64,000 bases of DNA, taken from an uncultured delta proteobacterium. Lineage in GTDB: Bacteria; Myxococcota_A; Polyangia; Fen-1088. Location: contig CAWCMR010000008.1 in the NCBI GenBank assembly GCA_963796685.1, forward strand, positions 768,001 to 832,000, given 5' to 3'. The notes below the pieces were generated by a model, which was given only the letters and a program-made list of their open reading frames with translations, made no database searches and was not told the DNA's origin. The position numbers and the translations under genes are program-made. Position 1 is the first letter of the stretch. Every line of letters starts with the position of its first letter. This document shows positions 19,601 through 29,321 of this stretch, one piece after another.

Positions 19601-20917
19601 ATGATCGCTACCAGTTCCATACCCGTATCACGCCCTGCACCTGCCCCGACCTCCACCAATGCTTCGACCGTGGTGCCTTCTCCCGCGCCCCAGTCGAGTG
19701 CCTTCGCGGCCTTCGGCTTGCGCGTGCCCATTCTGCGCGCCGTGGCGTCCGAGGGCTACACCACCCCCTCGCCCATCCAGATGCAGGCCATACCCTTCGT
19801 CATGCAAGGACGCGACTTGCTCGGGTGCGCCCAGACGGGAACCGGCAAGACCGCGGCCTTCGCACTGCCGCTGCTCCACCGCATGTCCGATCCGGCACAG
19901 ACCAAGCGTCGCGTGGGACCGCGCGTGCTGGTGCTGGCGCCGACGCGCGAGCTGGCCGTGCAGATCGCGGACAGCTTTCGCGTGTACGGCAAGCACGTCT
20001 CGCTCAACTACGGCGTGATCCTGGGTGGCGTCTCGCAGGGCTCGCAAATCGCGACCTTGCGCCGTGGCGTCGACGTGCTGGTGGCCACGCCGGGCCGTCT
20101 GCTCGATCTCATGAGCCAAGGCTGTGTCCCGCTTGCCGATGTCGAGACCCTGGTGCTCGACGAGGCCGATCGGATGCTCGACATGGGTTTCATCGATCCC
20201 ATCCGCCGCATCATCGCCAAGCTGCCGTCCAGGCGGCAAAACCTGCTCTTCTCGGCCACCATGCCGCCCGCCATCGCGACCCTTGCCGGCCAGATCCTGC
20301 GCGACCCGGCCAAGGTGTCCGTCGCGCCTGCGGCCACCACCGTCGACACGGTCTCGCAATCGGTGTACTTCGTCCGCCAATCCGACAAGCGCACCCTGCT
20401 GCGCGAGGTGCTGCGCGATCCGGCCTTGACCCGCGCCATTGTCTTCACGCGCACCAAGGCCGGGGCCAACCGCGTCGCGCGCGACCTCGATGCCGCCGGG
20501 ATAACCGCCGACGCCATCCACGGCAACAAGAGCCAAAACGCCCGCCAGAACGCTCTCATGGGATTCCGCAACGGCAAGGTGCGCGTCCTGGTGGCCACCG
20601 ACATCGCCGCGCGCGGCATCGATGTGGACGGTATCAGCCACGTCATCAACTTCGAATTGCCCAACGAGCCCGAGAGCTACGTCCACCGCATCGGCCGCAC
20701 CGCGCGTGCCGGAGCCAGCGGCGTGGCGCTTTCATTCTGCGACGCCGCCGAGCGCACCTACCTGCGCGACATCGAGCGGCTCACGCGCAAGAGCATCTCC
20801 GTGGTCGCCAACCACCAGTTCGTGGCCGGCAGCGACGTGCCGACGCCAATCCCGACCCGCCAAGGGCGCGGCGGCGGTCGCGGCAACGGTGGAGGCAACC
20901 GCGGCTGGCGGCGTTAA
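19601..20917 (+). CDS. rhlE: DEAD-box RNA helicase, RhlE-like
   Basis: Q motif PSPIQ, AQTGTGKT, PTRELA, DEAD, SAT, HGNKSQ, YVHRIGRTARAG. Confidence 0.9.
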   Translation: MIATSSIPVSRPAPAPTSTNASTVVPSPAPQSSAFAAFGLRVPILRAVASEGYTTPSPIQMQAIPFVMQGRDLLGCAQTGTGKTAAFALPLLHRMSDPAQTKRRVGPRVLVLAPTRELAVQIADSFRVYGKHVSLNYGVILGGVSQGSQIATLRRGVDVLVATPGRLLDLMSQGCVPLADVETLVLDEADRMLDMGFIDPIRRIIAKLPSRRQNLLFSATMPPAIATLAGQILRDPAKVSVAPAATTVDTVSQSVYFVRQSDKRTLLREVLRDPALTRAIVFTRTKAGANRVARDLDAAGITADAIHGNKSQNARQNALMGFRNGKVRVLVATDIAARGIDVDGISHVINFELPNEPESYVHRIGRTARAGASGVALSFCDAAERTYLRDIERLTRKSISVVANHQFVAGSDVPTPIPTRQGRGGGRGNGGGNRGWRR

Positions 20918-20933
20918 GATGGGAACCCTGACC

Positions 20934-21003
20934 TGAACCTCGCCCCGCGAAGCGGAGCGCAGCGGGGAGAGGTCGCCGAGCGCAGCGAGGCGGGTGAGGG
21001 GCT
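20934..21003. repeat. REP-like palindromic intergenic repeat
   Basis: acctcgccccgc..gcggggagaggt stem followed by cgccgagcgcagcgaggcgggtgagggg, directly after the helicase stop. Confidence 0.6.
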
Positions 21004-21223
21004 GTCACGTTTCATGCCTGAAGGATCCGGGCCATCGGCCCGGCGGCGCGACTGGGAGGGTTCCCATACCCTCCCGCGCTCTGGCTTCGGTGGGCAAAGC
21101 CCGCCTTCGCCTGGCGGCCCTATCGCCCCCCCACGCGACTCGCCCGAGAACTTTCGGGTTTGTGCCCCTGCTGTGTCACAATGGATCGAGGCGCTGTCTT
21201 GTGCATGACGGCGCGGAGGACCC

Positions 21224-22255
21224 ATGAGAAACACCACTTTCGCCGTCGCGTTCCTGATGGTTTCCGCTTGCGGCGGATCGAACGGTAACTCCACCCCGCC
21301 GTCCGACAATGCTGACGCCGCGGCCAGCGAAACCGGTGTGCCGACCAAGGGCGGTCCCGACGCCAAGGCACTGGCCTCAGGCTGCGATCATGCGGCAGCG
21401 CTTTGCTCGAAGCTCGCCGAGTGCGCGCCGTTCTTACTCGAGGCCGGCTACGGCGACGAGGTTACCTGCGCGGATCGTCTGACCAAGGCATGTACCGAGC
21501 AATCGCTGTCCGCGGGCAGCGGGATGACCGAGGCCAACATCTTGGCCTGCGAATCCGCCTTGACCGCGGCCAGCTGCAACGACGTATTCGCCAACAATGT
21601 TCCGGCCTGCACCTTCCGCGGCACCCTGGCCGATGGTGCTACGTGTGGCGACGGCAGCCAGTGCGCGAGCGGATTCTGCTCGCACGGTAGCGACCTCTGC
21701 GGCGTGTGTGCCGACAAAGGCGGGGCCGGAGCCGCCTGTCCGTCCGGGAGCAACGACGAGTGCCAAACCGGGCTGGTGTGCAGCTCGGGCAAGCTCTGCG
21801 CGAAGCCCGCCGGGCTCGGTCTCGCGTGCGACGACACGACCCAGCCCTGCCTGACCGGTACGTTTTGCACCACTGCGAAGACCTGCGCCTTGACCGTGAA
21901 GGCGGGCGAGGCCTGTCCGGGCACCTATCTGAATTTTGGCGACGGAACCCTCTGTCTCGGCGCCACGAGCACCCAGATAGGCACAGCCTCGAAAGGCGAG
22001 CCCTGCGGTCTGGCGCCTGATACGGGTCTGCCACCCACCCTTTGCGCCCCCGGCAGCGTCGCGGGTTGCACCCTTGTTTCCGGCGGCATCCAGCTCTTCG
22101 GCCTTCCGACCAAAGGCATTTGCGCCGCGCCAAGAGACGATGGCTTTACGTGTACCGCCACGGACATCTGCCAACCCGCCGCCCAGTGCATCAGCGGCAC
22201 CTGTCGGATCCCGTCCGGCAGGTACTGCCAGCAAACCGTGGACGGCGGTAGCTGA
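21224..22255 (+). CDS. Cys-rich lipoprotein
   Basis: Lipobox VSAC, many Cys in repeated GxxC..C..GLxC modules; GGAGG RBS. Confidence 0.8.
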   Translation: MRNTTFAVAFLMVSACGGSNGNSTPPSDNADAAASETGVPTKGGPDAKALASGCDHAAALCSKLAECAPFLLEAGYGDEVTCADRLTKACTEQSLSAGSGMTEANILACESALTAASCNDVFANNVPACTFRGTLADGATCGDGSQCASGFCSHGSDLCGVCADKGGAGAACPSGSNDECQTGLVCSSGKLCAKPAGLGLACDDTTQPCLTGTFCTTAKTCALTVKAGEACPGTYLNFGDGTLCLGATSTQIGTASKGEPCGLAPDTGLPPTLCAPGSVAGCTLVSGGIQLFGLPTKGICAAPRDDGFTCTATDICQPAAQCISGTCRIPSGRYCQQTVDGGS

Positions 22256-22274
22256 GCCGGTTGGTCTAGCCGAG

Positions 22275-23114
22275 CTAGCGCCACAGATCGGCGATGAAGC
22301 TCAGGATGCCGGCGGCGGAGTGGACGTGCCCGGTTCTCGCCGAGCCGACCCCGCTGGCGTCGAGGTCGATGCCCAAGCTGTCCATGCGCTCGCTTCGCCT
22401 CTCGGCCGTGCGCAGGCGCCGTTCCTGCTCGGACAGCTCGGCCAGCTCGCGCTCGCGCTCGCGTTCCAAGCCGCCCTGCTCGACGAAGCGGATGACTTCC
22501 GCCAGCTCGCCAGCGTCGAACCAGACCCCATGGCTCTTGCAAACGTCGACGATCACGCCCGAGATGCGTCCGAAGGCCTGACGGTTCATGGATTTGCCGC
22601 ACGTCGGACAAGCGATGTAGCGAACTGCGCTCTCGCGTTTCATCTCGCGCTTGGGCAGGGCCAGGCGCAGGCTCGTCGGCATGTCCCGCGCGGCCACCAA
22701 GCGATCCATGGTGGTTGGCGCCAGGAAGAGGCCGCCGCACTTGTCGCATTCTTCGACGCTCAGGTCGCCGTACTCGCGCGCTTGCAACTGGCTGCGGCAG
22801 CGCGGGCAACCATAGGCTGCGGCGATCCCCGCGCTCGCGGCCTGGGGCGCGAGCGAACGACCGCACGCCTGGCAGTGCGCCGCCCCGGCAAGATTCCAGG
22901 CGAGACACGCGGCGCAGCGGCAGGTGGCCACGGTGGAGCCGCAGTAGGGACATGCACGCGCGCCGACCGCGATCGATCCGCCGCAACCCGGGCAGGCGAT
23001 CGATTTCGCTTCCTCGCTCGGCTTCGGACAATGGCACACCCGAGCTCGCGACGCCGCATCCACTGGCGGGTCGACGATTCCTCCGCAGGCTAGGCAGACG
23101 AGGGCATCCGACAT
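22275..23114 (-). CDS. multi-zinc-ribbon protein with two zf-TFIIB-like domains
   Basis: Multiple CxxC pairs; CPRC..CDKCGGLFL and CPTC..CKSHGVWFDAGEL. Confidence 0.8.
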   Translation of the reverse strand: MSDALVCLACGGIVDPPVDAASRARVCHCPKPSEEAKSIACPGCGGSIAVGARACPYCGSTVATCRCAACLAWNLAGAAHCQACGRSLAPQAASAGIAAAYGCPRCRSQLQAREYGDLSVEECDKCGGLFLAPTTMDRLVAARDMPTSLRLALPKREMKRESAVRYIACPTCGKSMNRQAFGRISGVIVDVCKSHGVWFDAGELAEVIRFVEQGGLERERERELAELSEQERRLRTAERRSERMDSLGIDLDASGVGSARTGHVHSAAGILSFIADLWR

Positions 23115-23129
23115 GGTCGCAATTCTAGT

Positions 23130-23762
23130 TCAAAGCGACGAGTGCCCAGAGCTGTCCTCGATGGGCGTTCCGGCTTCGATACGCATGGGGGCGTTGTGAT
23201 GGCGGACCGCCTTGGTTGCCTCCAGGCACGCGTGGCCGAAGGGTTTCTCGATCTTCTTCCACAGCTCGTCCTCGGCGTCCGCGTAGATCTTGCGTCGACT
23301 TCCCGTGAGCCTGACCGTCGTGAGCTTTCGTCCGTTGACGCCGCTGCGCAGCTCGAGGGTCAGGACGGCCGTGTCCTTGCCCGTATCCTTGAGACGGCCG
23401 TGGATGTAGAGCGCGAGATTCAGAGCCGCGCCCATGTCGCGGTACTGCTCGGCAGTGTCCGGCGATTTCAGGTTGGTCGACACCTCCCTGACCTTGGACC
23501 TCAGGACCTTGATGACCTGCGCGCGAATGCGATCCACATCGTCGCCACGAAATTCGAGCAGCGCGATCCTGCTATCCGCCACCGCCGCGGCTTCCTCGCG
23601 TGCGTGGGTCTCGGCGCTGGCTCGCGCCTTGGCACCGCCGCGCGCGTGACCCTTGTGAGGCGCCGCCTGCGCTATCGATACAGCGCCGACCATGACCACC
23701 GCCAGGATACAGACCGACGCGGCGGACGAGACGGGCAATTCCGGGGCGAACATCCGGGACAT
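23130..23762 (-). CDS. hypothetical secreted protein
   Basis: Signal peptide ending AQA; fills the gap in an apparent minus-strand unit. Confidence 0.65.
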   Translation of the reverse strand: MSRMFAPELPVSSAASVCILAVVMVGAVSIAQAAPHKGHARGGAKARASAETHAREEAAAVADSRIALLEFRGDDVDRIRAQVIKVLRSKVREVSTNLKSPDTAEQYRDMGAALNLALYIHGRLKDTGKDTAVLTLELRSGVNGRKLTTVRLTGSRRKIYADAEDELWKKIEKPFGHACLEATKAVRHHNAPMRIEAGTPIEDSSGHSSL

Positions 23763-23854
23763 CGGGATCTTTTACCCGCTTTGCCCCGCTGGTGACCAGG
23801 GACTTCTGACAAGGTTGCGCACTTGCGCCAAGAAATGGTAGCCACACGCCCGTC

Positions 23855-24052
23855 ATGGACGCGGTCAAGCACATGGGCGAGCAGTCGATCGGACGGCTGC
23901 TGCTCCGCTATTCTCTGCCGGCCATTGGCTTCTACGGAATCTATCTCGTCGGCCCCTGCGCAGACCTTCTCTTCGCCGTCATCGCCGCCAACGTGATGAT
24001 GCGCGAGCTCGGCAGGCTGCGCTTGGCGCCGGACTTGGCCTCTAGTCCCTGA
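23855..24052 (+). pseudogene. MATE efflux gene remnant: N- and C-termini fused by an internal deletion
   Basis: MGEQSIGRLLLRYSLPAI is a MepA-like MATE N-terminus and GFYGIYLVGPCADLL..REL is a MATE C-terminus; only 65 aa. Confidence 0.7.
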
Positions 24053-24054
24053 GG

Positions 24055-25194
24055 CTAGCGACGATAGAAATCTTCGATCTGGGACAGCACGCGGTCGACG
24101 CGCTCGGGTCCCATGCCGTACCACAAGGGCAGGCGAAGCAGGCGCTGGCTCTCGCGCGTGGTATGGCGGTCCTCCCCCACGAGCTGGCCGTACCGGCGTC
24201 CGGCCTCCGCGCTGTGCAGGGGAATGAAGTGAAAGGTCGCACTGGTGCCTCGCTCGGCAAGGTATGCCAGAAGTCGGCTCCGTTCATCGAGATCGGCCGT
24301 CTTCACATAGAACATATGCCCATTGTGCTGGCAGTCTCGCGGAACGGTCGGCATTTCGATGCGCTCGCGTGCGACCAGGTCGCGCAGGCCGAGGGCATAG
24401 CGCCGCCAACTGGCCAGCCAATCGACCAAGACGTCGTCGCTGCCCTCGAACTGCCCCCAAAGGAACGCGGAGCACAGCTCGCTCGGCGTGTACGAGGAGC
24501 CCAGGTCGACCCAGGTGTACTTGTCGACCTGGCCGCGGATGAAGCGCCTGCGGTTGGTTCCCTTGTCGCGGATGAACTCGGCGCGCTCGACGTAGCTTGG
24601 CTGATTGATGGCCAGCGCGCCGCCCTCGCCACAGTGCAGGTTCTTGCTTTCATGAAAGCTGAGGCAACCGAACGTCCCGAGCCCGCCGAGCTGTCGACCC
24701 TTGTACGTGCCGAGGATGGCGTGGGCCGCATCCTCGACGATCAGGATGCCGTGCCGTTCCGCGATCTCGGCCAGCACATCCATGTCGCACGCGACCCCGG
24801 CGTAGTGCAAGGCGCAGATGACCTTGGTTCGCGGCGTGACCGCGGCGAGCACCAAGCGTTCGTCGAGGTTGAGCGTGTCGGCCCGAATGTCCACGAAGCG
24901 CAGCGCGGCCCCGCGTAGCGCGAAGGCATTCGCCGTCGACGTGAAGGCGAAGGACGGCAGGATGACCTCGTCCCCCGGGCCGATCCCCGCCAGCAGGGCT
25001 GACATCTCGAGAGCGTGGGTGCAGGAAGTGGTCAGAAAAACCTTGCCGCCGCCGAGTCGCCGCGAAAGCCACGTCGTGCACCGTTCGGCGTAGTCGCCTT
25101 CTTGCAACGACCTTTCTCCCTCGAGCAAGCAACGCATGTGCGCCGGCTCGCGGCCGGTGCGGGTAGGTTTGTGGAACGGGATTGTTTGCGACAT
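24055..25194 (-). CDS. wecE: dTDP-4-amino-4,6-dideoxygalactose transaminase
   Basis: TSCTHALEM, EDAAH, SFHESKNLHCGEGGA, KGTNR..F.RGQVDKYTW. Confidence 0.92.
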   Translation of the reverse strand: MSQTIPFHKPTRTGREPAHMRCLLEGERSLQEGDYAERCTTWLSRRLGGGKVFLTTSCTHALEMSALLAGIGPGDEVILPSFAFTSTANAFALRGAALRFVDIRADTLNLDERLVLAAVTPRTKVICALHYAGVACDMDVLAEIAERHGILIVEDAAHAILGTYKGRQLGGLGTFGCLSFHESKNLHCGEGGALAINQPSYVERAEFIRDKGTNRRRFIRGQVDKYTWVDLGSSYTPSELCSAFLWGQFEGSDDVLVDWLASWRRYALGLRDLVARERIEMPTVPRDCQHNGHMFYVKTADLDERSRLLAYLAERGTSATFHFIPLHSAEAGRRYGQLVGEDRHTTRESQRLLRLPLWYGMGPERVDRVLSQIEDFYRR

Positions 25195-25197
25195 CGA

Positions 25198-26004
25198 TTA
25201 CCTTCCGACAAGCCGCGAAGCGAGCTGCTGCATATGGAAGAACGCCTTGCGCGTAAAGTTCTTCTGCGATTGGGCGGGGCGAGACACCTCGGCCGGGTAG
25301 CCCAGGGAACGCGCGATGCGCTCCATCCGCGCGTTGCCCGAGGCGTGAAGGAGGCAGGGCCAGGTTCCCGTGGCACGGTTGAAAACCCGTCCCTTCTCGA
25401 ATTCGAGGTCGGTCAAATTGGGCCTCCGGGTCAGAAAGTCCCTGAATAGCAGGTTGTGGAAGAGGTCGCAGCGCCAATCGAGCGCGACCTCGGCGTCCCC
25501 GCGAACGTACAGGCCGGTCAACCGCTCTTGGTCCATGTCCTTGTCGGTCATCTTCTCCTGCTCGACCAGCCAATCGATGACCGAGCGGGCGCAAGCCGCG
25601 CTTGCCATCCAGGTTCCGCTGTTGAGGAAGTCGTAGCCGAACGAGGTATGCGGCATGGCCTGCCCGCTCTTGTTGAACTCGGTGTTGTAGACAGCCGCGA
25701 GTCCGCGCCCCAGCTTGAGCGAGCCGCAAACGAACTTGCCCCGGTACGGCCGGTAGCGCTCGGCCAGCTCGCCGAGGTCGGTGAGGAAGACCACGTCGAA
25801 GGGATCCACGGACAGGACGAGGTCGTCATCCGCCAGGTCGGCGATGGCCCGGCGGATATCCGTGGTCTTGCGCCCGAATCCGATCCACGGCTGTCCCCAT
25901 CCGAGTGGAATCGGCTCGACGCCGAAGCGCCTGCACGAGGCCATGAACAGGTCGAAGTACGCTTGCTTTCCGGTGGCGTAGGCGAATACCGAAACCACGA
26001 CCAT
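25198..26004 (-). CDS. PLOD (procollagen lysyl hydroxylase) GT-domain-like glycosyltransferase
   Basis: LG.GQPW, LVLSVDPFDV, FLNSG, DQ..L..LY, LD..C.LF.NL, P.LLH.SG parallel the PLOD GT domain motifs. Confidence 0.7.
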   Translation of the reverse strand: MVVVSVFAYATGKQAYFDLFMASCRRFGVEPIPLGWGQPWIGFGRKTTDIRRAIADLADDDLVLSVDPFDVVFLTDLGELAERYRPYRGKFVCGSLKLGRGLAAVYNTEFNKSGQAMPHTSFGYDFLNSGTWMASAACARSVIDWLVEQEKMTDKDMDQERLTGLYVRGDAEVALDWRCDLFHNLLFRDFLTRRPNLTDLEFEKGRVFNRATGTWPCLLHASGNARMERIARSLGYPAEVSRPAQSQKNFTRKAFFHMQQLASRLVGR

Positions 26005-26091
26005 TTCTGACCCGAACTTCGACTTTCGTCCAGTGGCGTTCGCGCGGCCCTGGTCCTTTTCCCGGCCCGTCGCTGGGACGGGCGAGCATCG

Positions 26092-27187
26092 CTAGCGCCG
26101 GCCGGCGCGCAACTTGGCGCGGACGAACCTGCCGCTGGCCGTGCAGCTCGTCCGCACCCCAGGTGGGGTAGCCTTCAGGACCCACGGTTTCGGGCACGAG
26201 CAGCGACTCGCGATCGGCAAGAGCGGTCTTGCCTTGCTTCATCAACGTGTAGAGGTCGACGAGCACCGCCGAGGTCTCGCTCTTGTCGCAAAAGGACCAG
26301 TTGACCCAGCTGATCCCATGACGATCCAAGAACGCCAGCCACGCTTCGGATTCGGGCAGGAACGTCCCCCCGGTGCCCGAGGCCTGGCTGGTGCCCCATT
26401 CCGAGGCGAACACGGCGACCCCTCGATCGATCGCGGCCTGCACCTTGTCGCGCAGGACTTGCCCGTGGGTCCCGGCGTAAAAGTGGAACGTGTAGAGCAG
26501 GTTCTTTCCCTGCAAGGGATCGGCCGCCGCGAGATCCACGTCCTGACTCCAGGTGGAAGAGCCGATCAGAATGGGGTTATCCGGATCGTTGGCGCGAATG
26601 GTGGCGACGATCTTCTCCGCGTACGGCTTGAGGTCAACGGACCAGGTGACAGGGCCGTTGGGCTCGCTCATGATCTCGTAAAGGACGTTGGGTATTTTGC
26701 CGTATCGCCGCGAGGCCTCGTCGAAGAAGGCCTGAGCGCCGCCGTAAAGCGGGTCATTGGGATTTCCCGGGGACAGCATCTGCCAATCGATGATGACGTA
26801 CATCCCGTATCGCACGGCCAGCTCGACGCCCTTCCAGACCAGTTGCTTGAGCTCGGGATGAAAGGCATAGCCCCCCTCGCCCGGATACATGGCAAGGCGG
26901 ACGACGTCTGCCTTCCAGTCCTTCGCCAGCGCCGCGAAGGCGGTATCGTTCACGATCCCGCCGTACCATTGCAGGCCCGCCGTGCTCATGCCTCGCAACT
27001 GAATCGGCTTGCCGGTGCTGTCGCACAGGTGGGTTCCAACCACCTGCAAGGGACCGTACCTCACCGGCAGGCTTGCCTGCACGGTCGACGATGCGGCTGG
27101 CTGCGCCGGCTTGGGTCGGGAAGTGGAAGCACAGGTTGCGCTGGCCAGCGCCAGGAGAGCGATGCCGCCGCGGAAAAGAGTCGTCAT
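26092..27187 (-). CDS. GH5 endoglucanase-like protein; +1 frameshift near the 3' end (~26143)
   Basis: QLRGMST.GLQWY, RLAMY, WSQDVD, FHFYAGTH, SEWG nucleophile, WVNWS; removing one base restores ELTASGRFVRAKLRAGRR-stop at 26092. Confidence 0.85.
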
Positions 27188-27262
27188 GACCATCGTTCCT
27201 AGCACGCACCTCGGCGGACCTAAAGAAGCGACAGCTGGCGCGGGCGGCGTGGTCGGGCGGCC

Positions 27263-28537
27263 CTACCGGTCTGCAAGCAAGCGTCGACGCTCGTCCTCGT
27301 CGAAAACGCGCACGACGCCGTATTCTCCGTCGAAGCCCGCCATGCGCTTCACCTCGCCCGCGCGCATGCGCCGCAAGGCCTCTCCGAGCAGCGGCGGCCC
27401 TACGCGCTCGGCGTCCTCGACCGGCCATTCCGTCAGCAGCGAGAGCTCGCTACCCACGCCGGCCAGCAGCTTGTCGTAGCTTCCGCGCACGCGCCCCGAC
27501 GAGGCGCCCACGTCCAGAATCTCGCCCAGCAGCTCGACCAAGGGCACCAGGTTGATGAAGGGCTTGGCACCGCCCGGACGGAAGCCCTCGGGCCAATCGG
27601 CGAGCGCATCCACGCGGCTGGCCACACCGCCGGTCAAGGGCTTGCCGCAGCGGGGACACAGGTGGCCGAGGGCCACGGCTTCGGCGGGCGCCAGGTTCAC
27701 GCCACAGGCGCGATGTCCTTCGTGGTGGTACTTGCCTTCTTCGGGAAAGAATTCCACGGTGCCGAGGAACTTGGGGCTGCGCTCGCGCAGGGCATCGCGC
27801 ATGGCGAAGTAGGACAGCTCGCAGTCGAAGCGGTTGGCCTCGCGGCCGAGCTTCTCGGGTGAATGGGCGTCCGAGCTCGACACCAGGCTGACCCGATCCA
27901 GCGCCGACAGCCGCCAGTTCATGGCCGGATCCGACGACAACCCGGTTTCGGCGGCGAAGATGTGCTCTGCCAGGTCGCCGAAGCATTCGTCCAGGGAATC
28001 GAAACCCGACTTCGCGCCGAGCGCGGAAAACCACGGCGTCCACACGTGCGCCGGGATCAGAAACGCGTCGGACGATGCTTCGAGCGTGATTTCGAGCAGG
28101 TCGCGCGAATCGAGGCCAAGGATGGGCCGGCCGTCGGATGCGATGTTCCCGATACGCGCCAAACGCGAGGCGATGCGCGCGGCGGTCTCGAAATCGGGCG
28201 CGTAGACAAGGTTGTGCACCTTGCGCACCCGATCGCCGCGCTTGTAGATGCTGCTGACCTCGACGGACAGGATGAAGCGCACGGGGGCGTGGCAGGCAGG
28301 CTGCACACCTTCGTCGACCTTGGCCGCCAAGTCGTCGCGCAGACGAAAAAGCCCGTTTCCCGCCGGCACCAGCTTGTCGCGCAATTCGGCGAACCAGTGC
28401 GGGTGGGTGAAGTCGCCGGTGGCGAGCACCGCGATGCCCTTGCGCTGGGACCAGGCGTGCAGGTGCTCCAAGTCGAGCGTGCGGCTGGTCGCGCGCGACA
28501 GGTAGGAATGGACGTGGAGATCCGCCACGAAGGGCAC
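27263..28537 (-). CDS. endonuclease Q family protein (PHP domain plus zinc finger)
   Basis: DLHVHS..SRATS, TGDFTHP, PAHVWTPWF, ETGLSSD, SDAHS, GKYH..GHR.C, CPRCG. Confidence 0.88.
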   Translation of the reverse strand: MPFVADLHVHSYLSRATSRTLDLEHLHAWSQRKGIAVLATGDFTHPHWFAELRDKLVPAGNGLFRLRDDLAAKVDEGVQPACHAPVRFILSVEVSSIYKRGDRVRKVHNLVYAPDFETAARIASRLARIGNIASDGRPILGLDSRDLLEITLEASSDAFLIPAHVWTPWFSALGAKSGFDSLDECFGDLAEHIFAAETGLSSDPAMNWRLSALDRVSLVSSSDAHSPEKLGREANRFDCELSYFAMRDALRERSPKFLGTVEFFPEEGKYHHEGHRACGVNLAPAEAVALGHLCPRCGKPLTGGVASRVDALADWPEGFRPGGAKPFINLVPLVELLGEILDVGASSGRVRGSYDKLLAGVGSELSLLTEWPVEDAERVGPPLLGEALRRMRAGEVKRMAGFDGEYGVVRVFDEDERRRLLADR

Positions 28538-28558
28538 GAAGCCAATCTACCCTTATGA

Positions 28559-28634
28559 TGGTCGGGGCGGCCGGATTTGAACCGACGACATCCTGCTCCC
28601 AAAGCAGGCGCGCTACCAACTGCGCTACGCCCCG
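28559..28634 (-). tRNA. tRNA-Pro(TGG)
   Basis: CGGGGCG acceptor stem, anticodon arm CCTGC-TTTGGGA-GCAGG, GTTCAAATC T-loop, encoded CCA; 76 nt. Confidence 0.97.
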
Positions 28635-28712
28635 GATCCCGCCGAAGACCGGCGGGAGGGCGCAGATACTAGCAGAACCTATCGCCTTTGCTCACCCACC
28701 TGGTGCCAACTG

Positions 28713-29321
28713 TCACTTTTTCGACAAGACGTCCGGCAGGGCCTGGGCCAAAGCTCGAAAAGCCACGGCGCGATGGGAAAGGCGGTTCTTCTCGGCCAGG
28801 TCGATCTCGGCCATGGTGCGGCCCAGCGAGGGGATGAAGAACAGCGGGTCGTAGCCGAATCCGCCCGAGCCGCGCGCCTCCGTCAACAGAACGCCCTCGC
28901 ACGCGCCCGAGCGAACAAGCTCTCGGCCCCGCGCCCCATCTACGAAGGCGGCGGCGCAGCGGTAGCGGGCGGTTCGCTTTTCGGCGGGAACCTGCGCCAT
29001 CTCGCGCAGCATCTTCCGGTTGTTGCGATCGTCGTCGCAGGGCTCGCCAGCCCAGCGCGCGGAGCGCACGCCGGGCGCGCCGCCGAGCGCGTCCACCTCG
29101 ATGCCCGAGTCGTCGGCGATGGCGGGCAGGCCGCAGGCCAGGCTGGCCTGGCGGGCCTTGGCCAGGGCATTGCCTTCGAAGGTGTCTTCGTCCTCGATCA
29201 GCGCGGCGTCGGGCGCTACCTCGTCGATGGTGACGGCGGTGACGTCCAGGCCGGCTTCGGTCAGGAGCACGCCGATCTCTCGCACCTTGTGCCGGTTGCG
29301 AGTCGCCACCACCAGCTTCAC
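28713..29321 (-). CDS. rdgB: non-canonical purine NTP pyrophosphatase
   Basis: [34 protein letters not shown]. Confidence 0.95.
   Translation of the reverse strand: MKLVVATRNRHKVREIGVLLTEAGLDVTAVTIDEVAPDAALIEDEDTFEGNALAKARQASLACGLPAIADDSGIEVDALGGAPGVRSARWAGEPCDDDRNNRKMLREMAQVPAEKRTARYRCAAAFVDGARGRELVRSGACEGVLLTEARGSGGFGYDPLFFIPSLGRTMAEIDLAEKNRLSHRAVAFRALAQALPDVLSKK

Noticed and set aside
25826-26091. GH5 C-terminal extension overlapping the glycosyltransferase
   Set aside because: Product of the frameshift at ~26143; the corrected frame stops at 26092.
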